Positions 20,239 through 31,739 of a stretch of 64,000 bases of DNA are shown here, in pieces (the first letter of the stretch is position 1; each line of letters opens with the position of its first letter). This DNA is from Rickettsiales bacterium (GTDB lineage Bacteria > Pseudomonadota > Alphaproteobacteria > Rickettsiales > Rickettsiaceae): positions 5,620 to 69,619 of the forward strand of contig CANGIW010000002.1 in NCBI GenBank assembly GCA_947454145.1, written 5' to 3'. Both the position numbers and the translations under genes were made by a program. The notes beneath the pieces were generated by a model. That model saw only the letters and a program-made list of their open reading frames with translations, made no database searches and was not told the DNA's origin.

Positions 20239-20706
20239 TTAATTTGCTGCGTTAGTTTTTGTAGTGCTATTTGTAAAACTATATAAAAGTTTATTTAGTA
20301 TATTTTCAAGATTAACGCTTGAACTCAAGTTTATATAATCATTAACATTTAGATATTCTTCGGAACTTCCTGGATCAATTTTGATTAATTTTCCACCAAA
20401 AAATCCATCGGTCACTATAGCAGCTGTAGAATCTTTAGGTATTTTAATATCCTTATTTAATTTTATAGTAATATGAGCATTATAATTTTGTTCATTTAAA
20501 GATATATTATCTACATAGCCAATTTTTATTCCAGCAATTTTTACATCTGTACCGTTATTTACACCAGAAGCATTGTCGCATTCTGCAAGTACTGAATAAT
20601 ATTGCATTGAATTGCTGGTGTTGTTTTTAAAAAGCATTGTTGAAAATGCCAGTACTATTACAATAAAAGCTAAACCTATTGAAGTTTCTAATATACTATA
20701 TTTCAT
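20239..20706 (-). CDS. mlaD: MlaD-like MCE-domain protein
   Basis: 155 aa. An N-terminal TM anchor is followed by 'GVNNGTDVKIAGIKIGYVDNISL', which is typical of the MCE domain. Confidence 0.7.
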   Translation of the reverse strand: MKYSILETSIGLAFIVIVLAFSTMLFKNNTSNSMQYYSVLAECDNASGVNNGTDVKIAGIKIGYVDNISLNEQNYNAHITIKLNKDIKIPKDSTAAIVTDGFFGGKLIKIDPGSSEEYLNVNDYINLSSSVNLENILNKLLYSFTNSTTKTNAAN

Positions 20707-20837
20707 GTTAAACTATCTATTTTTGACATATGGGAGGTTTTTTTTAGTGCAATTAGCACTCTTACTAAGATATCCTAATCAATATAGTTGTTATAATCAA
20801 GTATAACTGTGTGAAAAAATAAAAACACAAAAATTCT

Positions 20838-22406
20838 ATGGATAGAATGATATCAGAAAATACTAATATCTACAAAAGAAAAACAGACTACATTGCTTTT
20901 TTTGCTATGGTTGTAGGAATGTTTATGGCAATTTTGGATATTCAAATTGTTGCCAGTTCTCTTCCTAAAATAGCAGCAGGACTTTCTGCTACTAGTGACG
21001 AGCTTTCATGGGTGCAAACTTCATATTTAATAGCTGAGGTGATAGTTATACCTTTATCTGGATTTATCTCAAGAGTATTATCCACAAGAACAACGTATTT
21101 TATTGCAGCTTTTGGTTTTACTATAATGAGTATATCTTGTGCTCTATCTTGGAGCATAGAATCTATGATAGCATGTCGTTTTTTTCAAGGACTTTTTGGC
21201 GGATTGCTAATCCCACTTACATTTTCTACAATTTTCATTATTTTTACAGCGCAAGAAAGGCTAACGGCAAATATAGTAGTAGGACTAGTTGTAACTATAG
21301 CTCCTACTCTTGGACCAGTTATTGGGGGATATTTAACAGAAAGCTTTTCTTGGCACTTGATGTTTTTATTAAATGTTCTCCCGGGTGTTTTTGTTTGCAC
21401 TGTAATTTATTTATATGCAGACTTTGATAAACCTAATACTAGTTTATTACAAAATTTTGATTATATTGGGGTTATGTCATTAATTTTATTTTTAGGAATA
21501 CTTCAATATATTTTAGAAGAGGGTAATAAAGTAGGGTGGTTTGATAGTAGTGCTATAATAGCTCTATCTATTACTTCATTTGGTTGCATGATTATATTCT
21601 TAGTTAGGTGCTTTACTTTTTCAAATCCATTGGTAGATTTAAGGGCATTCTATTCTCGTAATTTCACACTCGGCTGCTTATATGCTTTTTTGATTGGTAT
21701 TGGTCTTTACGGAGTAGTTTTTTTACAGCCATTATTTTTGGCAACTATAGGAAAGCTTAATTCTTTGCAGATTGGTCTAATTATGTCTATTACTGGTATA
21801 GCCCAGTTGTCTTCTGCTCCAGTTGCTAGTAAATTATTCTCAGCTGGACTTAGTTCTAAGTTAATGCTGTTTATAGGCTTAACTCTATTTAGTTTAGGCT
21901 GCTATATGAATAGCTTTCTAACTTTAGAAAGCCGGTTCAATGATTTTTTTTGGCCTCAAATTATCCGTGGTGTAAGTTTAATGTTTTGTTTTATTCCTAT
22001 TAGCAATATAGCATTAGGAGATTTGTCGCCTAGCAAAATTAAGTCTTCAAGCGGTTTATATAATTTAACTCGTAATCTTGGTGGAGCTATAGGTCTTGCT
22101 GTTATTAGCTTTACTCTTACAAATAATGCTAAGATTTTTGCTAGTTATATAGGAGATAATATTACCGCCAATGACCCCAAATATATAGATACTCTACAAA
22201 ATATTGGAATGATTCTTGCACCAATTACTTCAGATCCAAAAGCTGCGCTTTCATTTTTGAATGGTTTAGTAATGCAAAATTCCTATACAATAGCTATAAA
22301 TGGTATATTTAGATCTATAGCTGTTTTGTTTTTTTGTAGTACAATCTTTATTGTATTCATCAAAAATGTTAAATCAGATAATTTAAAAACAAATAATGCA
22401 CATTAA
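20838..22406 (+). CDS. MFS transporter, DHA2 (EmrB/QacA) family
   Basis: 522 aa with about 14 TM segments. 'MVVGMFMAILDIQIVASSLPKIAAGL' and 'SWVQTSYLIAEVI' are typical DHA2 N-terminal motifs. Confidence 0.85.
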   Translation: MDRMISENTNIYKRKTDYIAFFAMVVGMFMAILDIQIVASSLPKIAAGLSATSDELSWVQTSYLIAEVIVIPLSGFISRVLSTRTTYFIAAFGFTIMSISCALSWSIESMIACRFFQGLFGGLLIPLTFSTIFIIFTAQERLTANIVVGLVVTIAPTLGPVIGGYLTESFSWHLMFLLNVLPGVFVCTVIYLYADFDKPNTSLLQNFDYIGVMSLILFLGILQYILEEGNKVGWFDSSAIIALSITSFGCMIIFLVRCFTFSNPLVDLRAFYSRNFTLGCLYAFLIGIGLYGVVFLQPLFLATIGKLNSLQIGLIMSITGIAQLSSAPVASKLFSAGLSSKLMLFIGLTLFSLGCYMNSFLTLESRFNDFFWPQIIRGVSLMFCFIPISNIALGDLSPSKIKSSSGLYNLTRNLGGAIGLAVISFTLTNNAKIFASYIGDNITANDPKYIDTLQNIGMILAPITSDPKAALSFLNGLVMQNSYTIAINGIFRSIAVLFFCSTIFIVFIKNVKSDNLKTNNAH

Positions 22407-22875
22407 TTTAATATTATTTATATTATTTTGGATCATAGTAAAAGACGTTCCACAGAACTTAACGGATTTGGCTTTTTTATTATGTTGTACAGGTTTTTTA
22501 TTCCTTCTTTTAAAGAAATATAATCTGTTGCCTAAATTTAAACTAGGAATAACTTTTTTATTTAGTTTGATAAAGTATATATCCTTACTTGTAAAAGATA
22601 TATTTTTCTCTACAATTTCCGTTACACGAATAATTTGGAACCAAAATATTCCTACTTCCTCTAGTTTTGTTGTAATTAAAGCAAATAAAAACAATAGTGA
22701 AGCTATAAACGCACTGGTTGCTAATTATATAACATTAACGCCTGGAACCTATACTATTTCAATAGATGATAATAATTTTCTTATAAATTGTTTAAGCCAA
22801 GATGATGCAATTTCTATTGGAAAATCATTTGAAGAGATACAAAAAAGAACAACTGAATTAATGAGGTTAGCATGA
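22396..22875 (+). CDS. mnhE: monovalent cation/H+ antiporter subunit E (Mrp/Mnh)
   Basis: 159 aa. 'ALVANYITLTPGTYTISID' matches the conserved MnhE 'ITLTPGT' box. It overlaps the upstream gene's end. Confidence 0.65.
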   Translation: MHINLILFILFWIIVKDVPQNLTDLAFLLCCTGFLFLLLKKYNLLPKFKLGITFLFSLIKYISLLVKDIFFSTISVTRIIWNQNIPTSSSFVVIKANKNNSEAINALVANYITLTPGTYTISIDDNNFLINCLSQDDAISIGKSFEEIQKRTTELMRLA

Positions 22876-23117
22876 TAACAATAATGTTGTATTTTTTTGT
22901 AGCCATTTTATTTTTAACTAGTATGTTTTTTATTTCTAGTAAATCAACTGGAGTAAAGATTTTGTACTTAAATTATGCAAATAGCATAGTGATACTAATT
23001 ATGGTGACTTTTGCTAGCTTAAAATATCGACAAGATTTTTTTGATATCGCTCTAATATATATATTATTGGGTTTTATAGCTAACAGAGCGATATTACGAT
23101 ATAAAAACAGAAAATAA
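22872..23117 (+). CDS. mnhF: monovalent cation/H+ antiporter subunit F (Mrp/Mnh)
   Basis: 81-aa 3-TM protein. 'FFDIALIYILLGFIANRAILRY' resembles the MrpF C-terminal pattern. It is coupled to mnhE by an ATGA overlap. Confidence 0.55.
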   Translation: MITIMLYFFVAILFLTSMFFISSKSTGVKILYLNYANSIVILIMVTFASLKYRQDFFDIALIYILLGFIANRAILRYKNRK

Positions 23118-23127
23118 AAATTAGCTT

Positions 23128-24306
23128 ATGCAGCAAGTATATTTAAGAAGTGATATGGTGATATTGGGCGCTGGTATAATAGGAATGGTGACAGCTATTG
23201 CTTTGTCTAATAGGGGTATTAAAACTACAATAATAGAAAAAAGGACCAGAGATGAATTAGTATTATCTAAAGATGAGCGTAATATAGCTATAACTAAAAC
23301 TACTGAGAAATGGCTAAGGTTAAACAATATATGGGATGATTTAGTGCAATTTTCTGCAAAAGTTAATGATATTTATGTTATTGATGATGAAGATGAAAGC
23401 TCAATGATTCATCTTCATCAATCAAATAAATCATCGCAAGAATTAGGTCATATGATTTTAAATCATGATTTAATAAGAGTGATTTTTAACAAGATAGAAG
23501 AAGATGCAAACATTACTTTAATATTAAATTCTAATTACACAGATATTGAAGCCAAAGATACGCATAATTTTGTATATTTAGATAACTCAAAAACAATACA
23601 AGCTTCTTGGGTGTTAGCTTGTGATGGTAAATTTTCTAAAGTTAAAAAAAAATATTGTCGCTATCAAGTACAAAAAAATTATCACCAATCAGCATTAGTA
23701 TTTCAATTGAAGCATCAAAAATCTCATGAAGGAACTGCAGTTGAGCACTTTACTAATTCTGGGGTATTTGCTATTTTACCTACAAAAGATCAATTTATAT
23801 CTTCTGTAGTTTGGATAGAAAATACTGAAATAGCTCAACTTTTAAATTCCATGTCTGCTGTTGAATTTACGCATTATGCCTTACAAAAATTTGGCCTTTT
23901 TTTGGGGCAATTAACTTTAAATAGTCAAATTATTTCTTATCCCTTGACAGCTGAATTAGTAGAAAACTACTTTTATAAAAAAATAATATTTTTAGGCGAT
24001 TCCGCTCATTCAATACATCCACTTGCGGGGCAGGGTTTAAATCAAGGCATTAAAGATGTTATAGATCTAGTGGAATTAATTTCCGGCAAATATTTTGTTG
24101 GATGCGATTTATTAGAAAGTGACTTAAAGATTTATCAACAAAGGCGCGCTCTGGATAATTTTATAATGTTTACCGCATGCGACTTTATTGAAAAAATATT
24201 TCAAAATAAAATATCTGCAAGTTCTGTGCTTAGAAAAATGGCAATGAAACTTGTTAATAAATCATCCTGGATAAAGGATAAAATACTTAATTTTGGTACT
24301 AAATAA
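23128..24306 (+). CDS. FAD-dependent ubiquinone-biosynthesis hydroxylase (UbiH/UbiF/Coq6 family)
   Basis: 392 aa with the dinucleotide fold 'MVILGAGIIGMVTAIAL' and 'GDSAHSIHPLAGQGLNQGIKD'. Confidence 0.85.
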   Translation: MQQVYLRSDMVILGAGIIGMVTAIALSNRGIKTTIIEKRTRDELVLSKDERNIAITKTTEKWLRLNNIWDDLVQFSAKVNDIYVIDDEDESSMIHLHQSNKSSQELGHMILNHDLIRVIFNKIEEDANITLILNSNYTDIEAKDTHNFVYLDNSKTIQASWVLACDGKFSKVKKKYCRYQVQKNYHQSALVFQLKHQKSHEGTAVEHFTNSGVFAILPTKDQFISSVVWIENTEIAQLLNSMSAVEFTHYALQKFGLFLGQLTLNSQIISYPLTAELVENYFYKKIIFLGDSAHSIHPLAGQGLNQGIKDVIDLVELISGKYFVGCDLLESDLKIYQQRRALDNFIMFTACDFIEKIFQNKISASSVLRKMAMKLVNKSSWIKDKILNFGTK

Positions 24307-24325
24307 TATTTTATTTTTTTACTTT

Positions 24326-24928
24326 TTATGCATTTCCATATCTAGTAATTAATAACCCATGAGGTGCCCCCAATAAATTTATGGCAGAACGCCATTTTGA
24401 ATTGTTATCTTTCATAAACATGATTTTTTTACTACTATCAGAAATCAACCACTTATTATTATTAAGCTCGTTTTCTAGATGTCCCGGGGGCCAAAAATTA
24501 TAGCCAGAAATAAATAAAAACTTTTTAGGTGCTGTATTTTTTACAATATCATTCAGTATTCTTTCGTTAGGAAAGATATAGTTAATGCCGCCCACCATTT
24601 CTTGTGATTCTTCTACTCTATATTTGTCATTATGTAGTAGAATAAATTTATGTGGTTCAATTTTTCCTCCAGAAAAAATCACCAGAGCTGCATTATTAGC
24701 TATTTGGTTGTTATCAATATCTTTATCTTTCAATAGTGCTATAATTTTTTTGTGCGATATTTTAAATTCTGGTTGATTAATAGTAACCCCCACAGATCCT
24801 ACGGGGGAATGAAATAAAACATAAATTATACTTTTGTAAAAAGTATTACCAGTTATTGTATTGGGCATAGATAATAAAAATTTGCCCAATAAAGAACTCC
24901 TTGTATTTTTTGATTTTTTTTCTGTCAT
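24326..24928 (-). CDS. YqgE/AlgH family protein (UPF0301)
   Basis: 200 aa. 'FYKSIIYVLFHSPVGSVGVTINQP' and 'GYNFWPPGHLENEL..N.W' fit the YqgE/AlgH pattern. Confidence 0.7.
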   Translation of the reverse strand: MTEKKSKNTRSSLLGKFLLSMPNTITGNTFYKSIIYVLFHSPVGSVGVTINQPEFKISHKKIIALLKDKDIDNNQIANNAALVIFSGGKIEPHKFILLHNDKYRVEESQEMVGGINYIFPNERILNDIVKNTAPKKFLFISGYNFWPPGHLENELNNNKWLISDSSKKIMFMKDNNSKWRSAINLLGAPHGLLITRYGNA

Positions 24929-25061
24929 GAATTTTTTTTTAAAAGCTAACTATTATTAAATTTTATATATTATTGCATTTCTTTATGGAAATAGATATTC
25001 AACTACTCTAAACTTTAACTTGTATTTGGCTAATAAATTTTCAATTCAACAAAACAAAAAT

Positions 25062-27734
25062 ATGTATAAATGTCTATTATTTATAATCACTTTTTTAGCT
25101 AATTTCAATATCTTGGTAGCAGAAAAATTTTTTTCAGTTTCTCATGATACGAGTAATAAAATAATTTTGCATGTTAATTTACCTGAAAATAGTTCTATCG
25201 CTTGGAAATATGCCGGGCAGATGGGTGAAAAAACTGAAATAAAATTACATTCGAAAGAAAATTTAGAAAGCTATAATATTAGCTGGCCATTTCCTAAAAA
25301 AGCTACAATAGCTGGTAAATATTTAAGCTATTACTATGATTCTAATTTTGCGATTCCAATAATATTAAACGCTACAGATCAAAATAAAGAAATAAAATTT
25401 TCTCTGCAAATTAGTGGAGTTTTGTGTCGAGATAATCAATGCGAAAAAATAAGCGAAAATATAGAGAATATTACAATACATCCGCATAAATATATTGAAG
25501 ACAACAATAAATTTGAAGACTTTGAAATAAAATCTCTAAAATTAGAACAGAATACAGCTATATTTACAATATTATTTACTAATAGTTTTATTACAAAGTG
25601 GCCAGATTTTATTGTAGAGCCTACAAAAAAAATATTTCTGGGATTTGGTGAAGTTAAGTCTGTTGGCGAAGATAGTAGAAGCTTTGTATGGGAAGTACCA
25701 TTATTGCAAGGATATAAAAATTATATAGGGCAAGATTTCACAATTTATAGCAATCAAAATCAGAGCAGGGGATTAACATTCAAATTCCAAGATACTAGTT
25801 CAGTCTATAACTACAACCTAATGTATATTGTATTTTTACCTTTATTGATAGGTTTTGGGTTGAGTTTTTTAGCAGAACCTGGTTTTTTGACTGGCATCAT
25901 TAAAAATTCATACAATGCCAATAGTTTACAGTTTCTAAGAATTTTATGGATAACATTTTTAAATTTTTCTTTGATAGGGATTTTAGAATTGTGTGTAACT
26001 AATATAGTATATTTACTTACATCAATTCCAACTTATTTCACTATATTAATCATAATATTTGCAATTTTTTGGTCTTTTTATGCGATATCAAAGGATCAAG
26101 ATATACTGCCTAAATATTTAGTACAAAATTTTATAAAATTAACTGCTTTCTTAAGAAGCAAATTATCTTTTTTGTTAAAAAATCTACAATTTAAAAAATT
26201 ATTCATACTAGTATATTTAGTACAAATATTTTGTACAAGTAACGGAATTTTTGTTACATTAATTTTCAGCTTTTTTATAACCCTAGGTTTCCTATCTCGA
26301 TATTTATATAATCGATATTTATATAATATATTCAATAAGGAAAAATTTAGAATGAAATTAGAAAAAAAACATTTAGGCTATATTATAGCTGTAGTATTAT
26401 TTTTAGCACTATCTTTGTGGATGTTATTATCATCTAGCTCAAGTATAACAAGCGATGAAGAAGTATATAAATTAATACAATATAACTTGATAACCTCTTT
26501 TTTAAATAATTCTAGCCTATATATATTCTCTCTAGCCTTTTTAGCGGGAGTAATATTAAATTTTATGCCTTGTGTTTTGCCCGTTCTTTCGTTGAAAATT
26601 ATCTCTATATTACAAACAAGTAACACAAATAATAAAGCAAAAATTCTAGCAACTATAGCCGGAATATTGTTTACTTTTTTAACTTTGGCTTTGATTAGCA
26701 TAAGTTTTAAATTTTTTGGTATGAAGTTCGGTTTAGGGGTAACTTTTCAACAACCATATTTCATAATAGCTATAATAATAATTCTTACTTTCTTTATTTG
26801 TTCTCTTCTTGATCAAATTAATATTACTCTTCCAAATGCATTGCTTAATATAATGGTAAAAACTAAATTCAATAGCGAAATTATTCATAATTTTTTTCTT
26901 GGTATTTTGGCAGCAATTTTATCCACCCCATGCACAGCACCATTTTTAGGTACCGTTATGTTTTTTGCAATGACAGAAAACGTCCTATTAAATATAGGCT
27001 TATTTCTTACTATAGGTTTAGGCTTTAGTCTTCCTTATATATTACTTTTAATTTTCCCAAAGCTTTTAAATTTTTTACCTAAGCCGGGAGCTTGGATGAG
27101 TAAATTAAAAACTATCATGGCTATTTTACTCATAGGTACAATTATATGGCTTTTAAATATATTATATTCCCAACTTGGAACCAGAGCTGTTATAATAATT
27201 GGACTTATGATACCTTTAATCAGGTACTTTTTAGAGATAGATCAAAGCCGTTATGTAAAAATTTATAAATTTTCAAGCTCTACAACTAAATTGTTAACCT
27301 TAAGTATTTTAGTGGGGTTAACATTTTATTTACCTTATCAAACAAAGCTTGAGGATAATCACATCAATTTGCGTATAGGTAAATTTTGGCAAAATTTTGA
27401 TCAAAAATCTTTAGACCAAATGATAGCTGAAAATAAAGTGATATTTATAGATATAACTGCAGATTGGTGTTCTACATGTATGTATAACAAATTAGTTTTA
27501 CTTGACCGCGATCATTTTTTTAATTTATTAAAAAGCAACGATGTTCTAGCTATGCGTGGTGATATAACTTTAGATGACAATCCTTCGATAGGTAAATTTT
27601 TAGAAAAATATCAAAAATATGGTATACCTTTTAACCTAGTATATGGACCTGGGGCAAAAAATGGTATAGAATTGCCAGTATTACTCAGTTATAATGATGT
27701 AAAAAATGCTATAAAAATCGCTAAAGGCGATTGA
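25062..27734 (+). CDS. dsbD: thiol:disulfide interchange protein DsbD, unusually long form
   Basis: The signal peptide starts at ATG 25062; the track ORF starts at TTG 25020. The N-domain Cys pair is 'LCRDNQC', the TM-core cysteines are 'FMPCVLPVLSLK' and 'STPCTAPFLG', and the C-terminal thioredoxin motif is 'DWCSTC'. Confidence 0.8.
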   Translation: MYKCLLFIITFLANFNILVAEKFFSVSHDTSNKIILHVNLPENSSIAWKYAGQMGEKTEIKLHSKENLESYNISWPFPKKATIAGKYLSYYYDSNFAIPIILNATDQNKEIKFSLQISGVLCRDNQCEKISENIENITIHPHKYIEDNNKFEDFEIKSLKLEQNTAIFTILFTNSFITKWPDFIVEPTKKIFLGFGEVKSVGEDSRSFVWEVPLLQGYKNYIGQDFTIYSNQNQSRGLTFKFQDTSSVYNYNLMYIVFLPLLIGFGLSFLAEPGFLTGIIKNSYNANSLQFLRILWITFLNFSLIGILELCVTNIVYLLTSIPTYFTILIIIFAIFWSFYAISKDQDILPKYLVQNFIKLTAFLRSKLSFLLKNLQFKKLFILVYLVQIFCTSNGIFVTLIFSFFITLGFLSRYLYNRYLYNIFNKEKFRMKLEKKHLGYIIAVVLFLALSLWMLLSSSSSITSDEEVYKLIQYNLITSFLNNSSLYIFSLAFLAGVILNFMPCVLPVLSLKIISILQTSNTNNKAKILATIAGILFTFLTLALISISFKFFGMKFGLGVTFQQPYFIIAIIIILTFFICSLLDQINITLPNALLNIMVKTKFNSEIIHNFFLGILAAILSTPCTAPFLGTVMFFAMTENVLLNIGLFLTIGLGFSLPYILLLIFPKLLNFLPKPGAWMSKLKTIMAILLIGTIIWLLNILYSQLGTRAVIIIGLMIPLIRYFLEIDQSRYVKIYKFSSSTTKLLTLSILVGLTFYLPYQTKLEDNHINLRIGKFWQNFDQKSLDQMIAENKVIFIDITADWCSTCMYNKLVLLDRDHFFNLLKSNDVLAMRGDITLDDNPSIGKFLEKYQKYGIPFNLVYGPGAKNGIELPVLLSYNDVKNAIKIAKGD
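26298..26327 (+). repeat. perfect 15-nt tandem duplication inside dsbD
   Basis: cgatatttatataat occurs twice, encoding RYLYN-RYLYN in the extra hydrophobic insert. Confidence 0.9.
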
Positions 27735-27772
27735 TAATTTTTATTAACTTATATAATATTAAAGACTTTTAT

Positions 27773-28087
27773 ATGAATGAACAATTGCGCAAAGAGATAG
27801 ATGATTTGTTAGCAAATAATAGAGTTGTGTTATTTATGAAGGGCACAGCTAAAATGCCAATCTGTGGATTTTCTGCTAAAGTAGTACATATACTCAATGG
27901 TTTGAATGTAGAATTTAAAGATATTAATATACTTGCAAATCAAGAATTACGTGAAGCAATCAAAATATATTCAGATTGGCCTACTATTCCACAATTATAT
28001 ATCAATAAAGAATTTGTTGGTGGTTGTGACGTGGCATTTGCTATGTGGCAGTCTGGGGATTTACAAAAGCTTCTAGAGATAAATTAA
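27773..28087 (+). CDS. grxD: Grx4-family monothiol glutaredoxin
   Basis: It has the active site 'MPICGFS' and 'WPTIPQLYINKEFVGGCD'. I start it at ATG 27773; the track ORF begins at an upstream TTG that overlaps dsbD. Confidence 0.85.
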   Translation: MNEQLRKEIDDLLANNRVVLFMKGTAKMPICGFSAKVVHILNGLNVEFKDINILANQELREAIKIYSDWPTIPQLYINKEFVGGCDVAFAMWQSGDLQKLLEIN

Positions 28088-28177
28088 GGTTACAATAAAA
28101 AATATTCGATTATTGATCGTCAATTGGATATTATTTATAGATAAAATAACTATAAAAATAGTATTACAGATGCTGCA

Positions 28178-28948
28178 ATGAAAAATATTTTAACAATTTT
28201 ATTGAGCTTATTGGTATCGAATTCAGCGATTGCGGATCAACCAAAAGCATGGCAATTTGGTTTTCAGGAATCCGCAACTGAAATCATGCAAGAAATAACA
28301 TGGTTGCACGATATATTGTTATTTATTATCACTGCTATTGTTTTAATAGTTTTTGGATTATTATCTTATATTTGTATACGCTTCAATGCCACAAATAATC
28401 CAATTCCAGCAACTTTTTCTCACAATGTTACAATAGAAATAATATGGACGGTGATACCAACAATAATATTGTTTATAATTGCGATTCCCTCTTTTCAGAT
28501 ATTGCATAAAGTAGAACATACGCCTAAATCCGACTTTATAATCAAAGTTGTTGCTGCGCAGTGGTATTGGAATTATGAATATCCAACTGAAGGAATAAAA
28601 TATGACAGTAATATGTTAGAGGATAACGATTTAAAGGAGGGGCAAAAAAGATTATTAGATGTAGATAATCCTTTAGTGGTTCCTCAGGGTGCTACAATAA
28701 AATTTCTTATCACTTCGCAAGACGTTATTCATTCTTTTGCAATACCCAGCGCCGGAATTAAGACTGATGCTATACCTGGTAAAACCAATGAAGCTCATAT
28801 CAAAATCGATAGATTAGGCACATATTACGGGCAATGTTCTGAATTATGTGGTGTTCATCATGCGTTTATGCCAATAATGCTAAAAGTTGTTACTAAAGAG
28901 GAATATGCTTATTGGTTAGAGCAAACAAAAAAACAATTTTCTTTATAA
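28178..28948 (+). CDS. coxB: cytochrome c oxidase subunit II
   Basis: 256 aa with two N-terminal TM helices and the CuA site 'DVIHSFAIP...CSELCGVHHAFMP'. Confidence 0.95.
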   Translation: MKNILTILLSLLVSNSAIADQPKAWQFGFQESATEIMQEITWLHDILLFIITAIVLIVFGLLSYICIRFNATNNPIPATFSHNVTIEIIWTVIPTIILFIIAIPSFQILHKVEHTPKSDFIIKVVAAQWYWNYEYPTEGIKYDSNMLEDNDLKEGQKRLLDVDNPLVVPQGATIKFLITSQDVIHSFAIPSAGIKTDAIPGKTNEAHIKIDRLGTYYGQCSELCGVHHAFMPIMLKVVTKEEYAYWLEQTKKQFSL

Positions 28949-30559
<1,611 letters not shown>

Positions 30560-30600
30560 AAAAATATTGTTAGGGGGGGGGATAACACAAGAAGAAATAG

Positions 30601-30632
30601 GAGCCTTTAAAAAAAAATCAAGGCTCTTTTTT
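30601..30632 (+). terminator. rho-independent terminator candidate after coxA
   Basis: The stem gagcctt (30601-30607) pairs with aaggctc (30620-30626) around an A-rich loop. It is followed by tttttt (30627-30632). Confidence 0.55.
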
Positions 30633-30997
30633 CGTAATAAATCTCAAGGACAATTTTTATTCAACTCCTTTTTGATTATTAAAAATGCTGGATAACTATT
30701 TTTACGCTTTAGATCTGTTTTTTCATCACGCTCTAATTTCTTCCAATAGAGAGCTCCAAGGTAATTTTTCGTTACCCAACTCATATTTCATAAGCTCTCA
30801 ATTATCTATCTTTAAAAGAATAAAATGCAAACTAGCAATTTTGTGTTTTAACTAAAAAAATTACTCTAGTTTTTTTACATTACAACAGTCATATGAACAT
30901 ACTAAGTAACATCTAAAAAATATAACAAGAGTTGAGTGCAGTATTGTTTGATAAAATATATAAAATATTCCCCTGGTAAAACAAAAATTTGTATAAA

Positions 30998-31726
30998 TTA
31001 AGCCATATTCATACCGCCGTTTACCGATAAAGTGTGTCCGGTTATAAAGGATGCTTCCTCTGCAACAAGGAATAATATTGCTCTAGATATATCATCAACA
31101 GTTCCCAGTCTTCCTACAGGAATAGTTTTAACTATAGATTCTAAAATTTCTGGTGACATAGCTTTTGTCATATCTGTGTTTGTGTAGCCAGGTGCTACAA
31201 TGTTCACAGTGATATTTTTATTAGCAGATTCTCTAGCCAGCGCCTTACTAAAACCTATAATTCCAGCTTTAGCTGCACTATAGTTACATTGTCCAGCTTG
31301 ACCCGTTAAAGCGTTAATGGAGCTTATATTTACTATTCTACCATAGCACTGGCTACGCATTTGATTTATAACCGCTGAACACATATTAAATTGAGAAGAA
31401 AGATTGGTATCAATAACATCTTGCCAAAAAGCTACTTCCATTTTATGAAGCATTTTATCTCTAGTGATTCCGGCATTATTAATTAAAATGCTAACAAGTC
31501 CTACTTCTCTTTCAATTTCTTCCAGGGCATTTTTGCATTCTTGAAAATTAGAAACATCCCATTTTTTTACAAGAATATCATGCTCCCTAGAAAAATTAAG
31601 GGCAAGTTCTTCATTAGTTAGGTAATTAGAAATCACTTTGTAGCCTTTATTCTTTAAAGCTATAGCAGTAGCGGCACCTATACCTCTTGTACCTCCAGTT
31701 ACTAATGCTAATCTTGATGTTGTCAT
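30998..31726 (-). CDS. phbB: acetoacetyl-CoA reductase-type short-chain dehydrogenase (PhbB-like; FabG-like alternative)
   Basis: 242 aa with 'LALVTGGTRGIGAA', 'NNAGITRD' and a 'YSAAKAG' catalytic Y-x3-K. The N-terminal pattern and the neighbouring phasin-like ORF favour PhbB. Confidence 0.7.
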   Translation of the reverse strand: MTTSRLALVTGGTRGIGAATAIALKNKGYKVISNYLTNEELALNFSREHDILVKKWDVSNFQECKNALEEIEREVGLVSILINNAGITRDKMLHKMEVAFWQDVIDTNLSSQFNMCSAVINQMRSQCYGRIVNISSINALTGQAGQCNYSAAKAGIIGFSKALARESANKNITVNIVAPGYTNTDMTKAMSPEILESIVKTIPVGRLGTVDDISRAILFLVAEEASFITGHTLSVNGGMNMA

Positions 31727-31739
31727 ATTATTGTGAATA

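Noticed and set aside
22383-22694. 103-aa minus-strand ORF
   Set aside because: It is antisense to the mnhE-like ORF, which carries the conserved ITLTPGT box, and it has no motif of its own.
30644-30784. 46-codon minus-strand ORF (MSWVTKNYLGALYWKKLERDEKTDLKRKNSYPAFLIIKKELNKNCP) in the coxA-phbB spacer
   Set aside because: It has a weak ribosome-binding site and no recognisable family. It could be real or a gene remnant, but I cannot support it from sequence alone.
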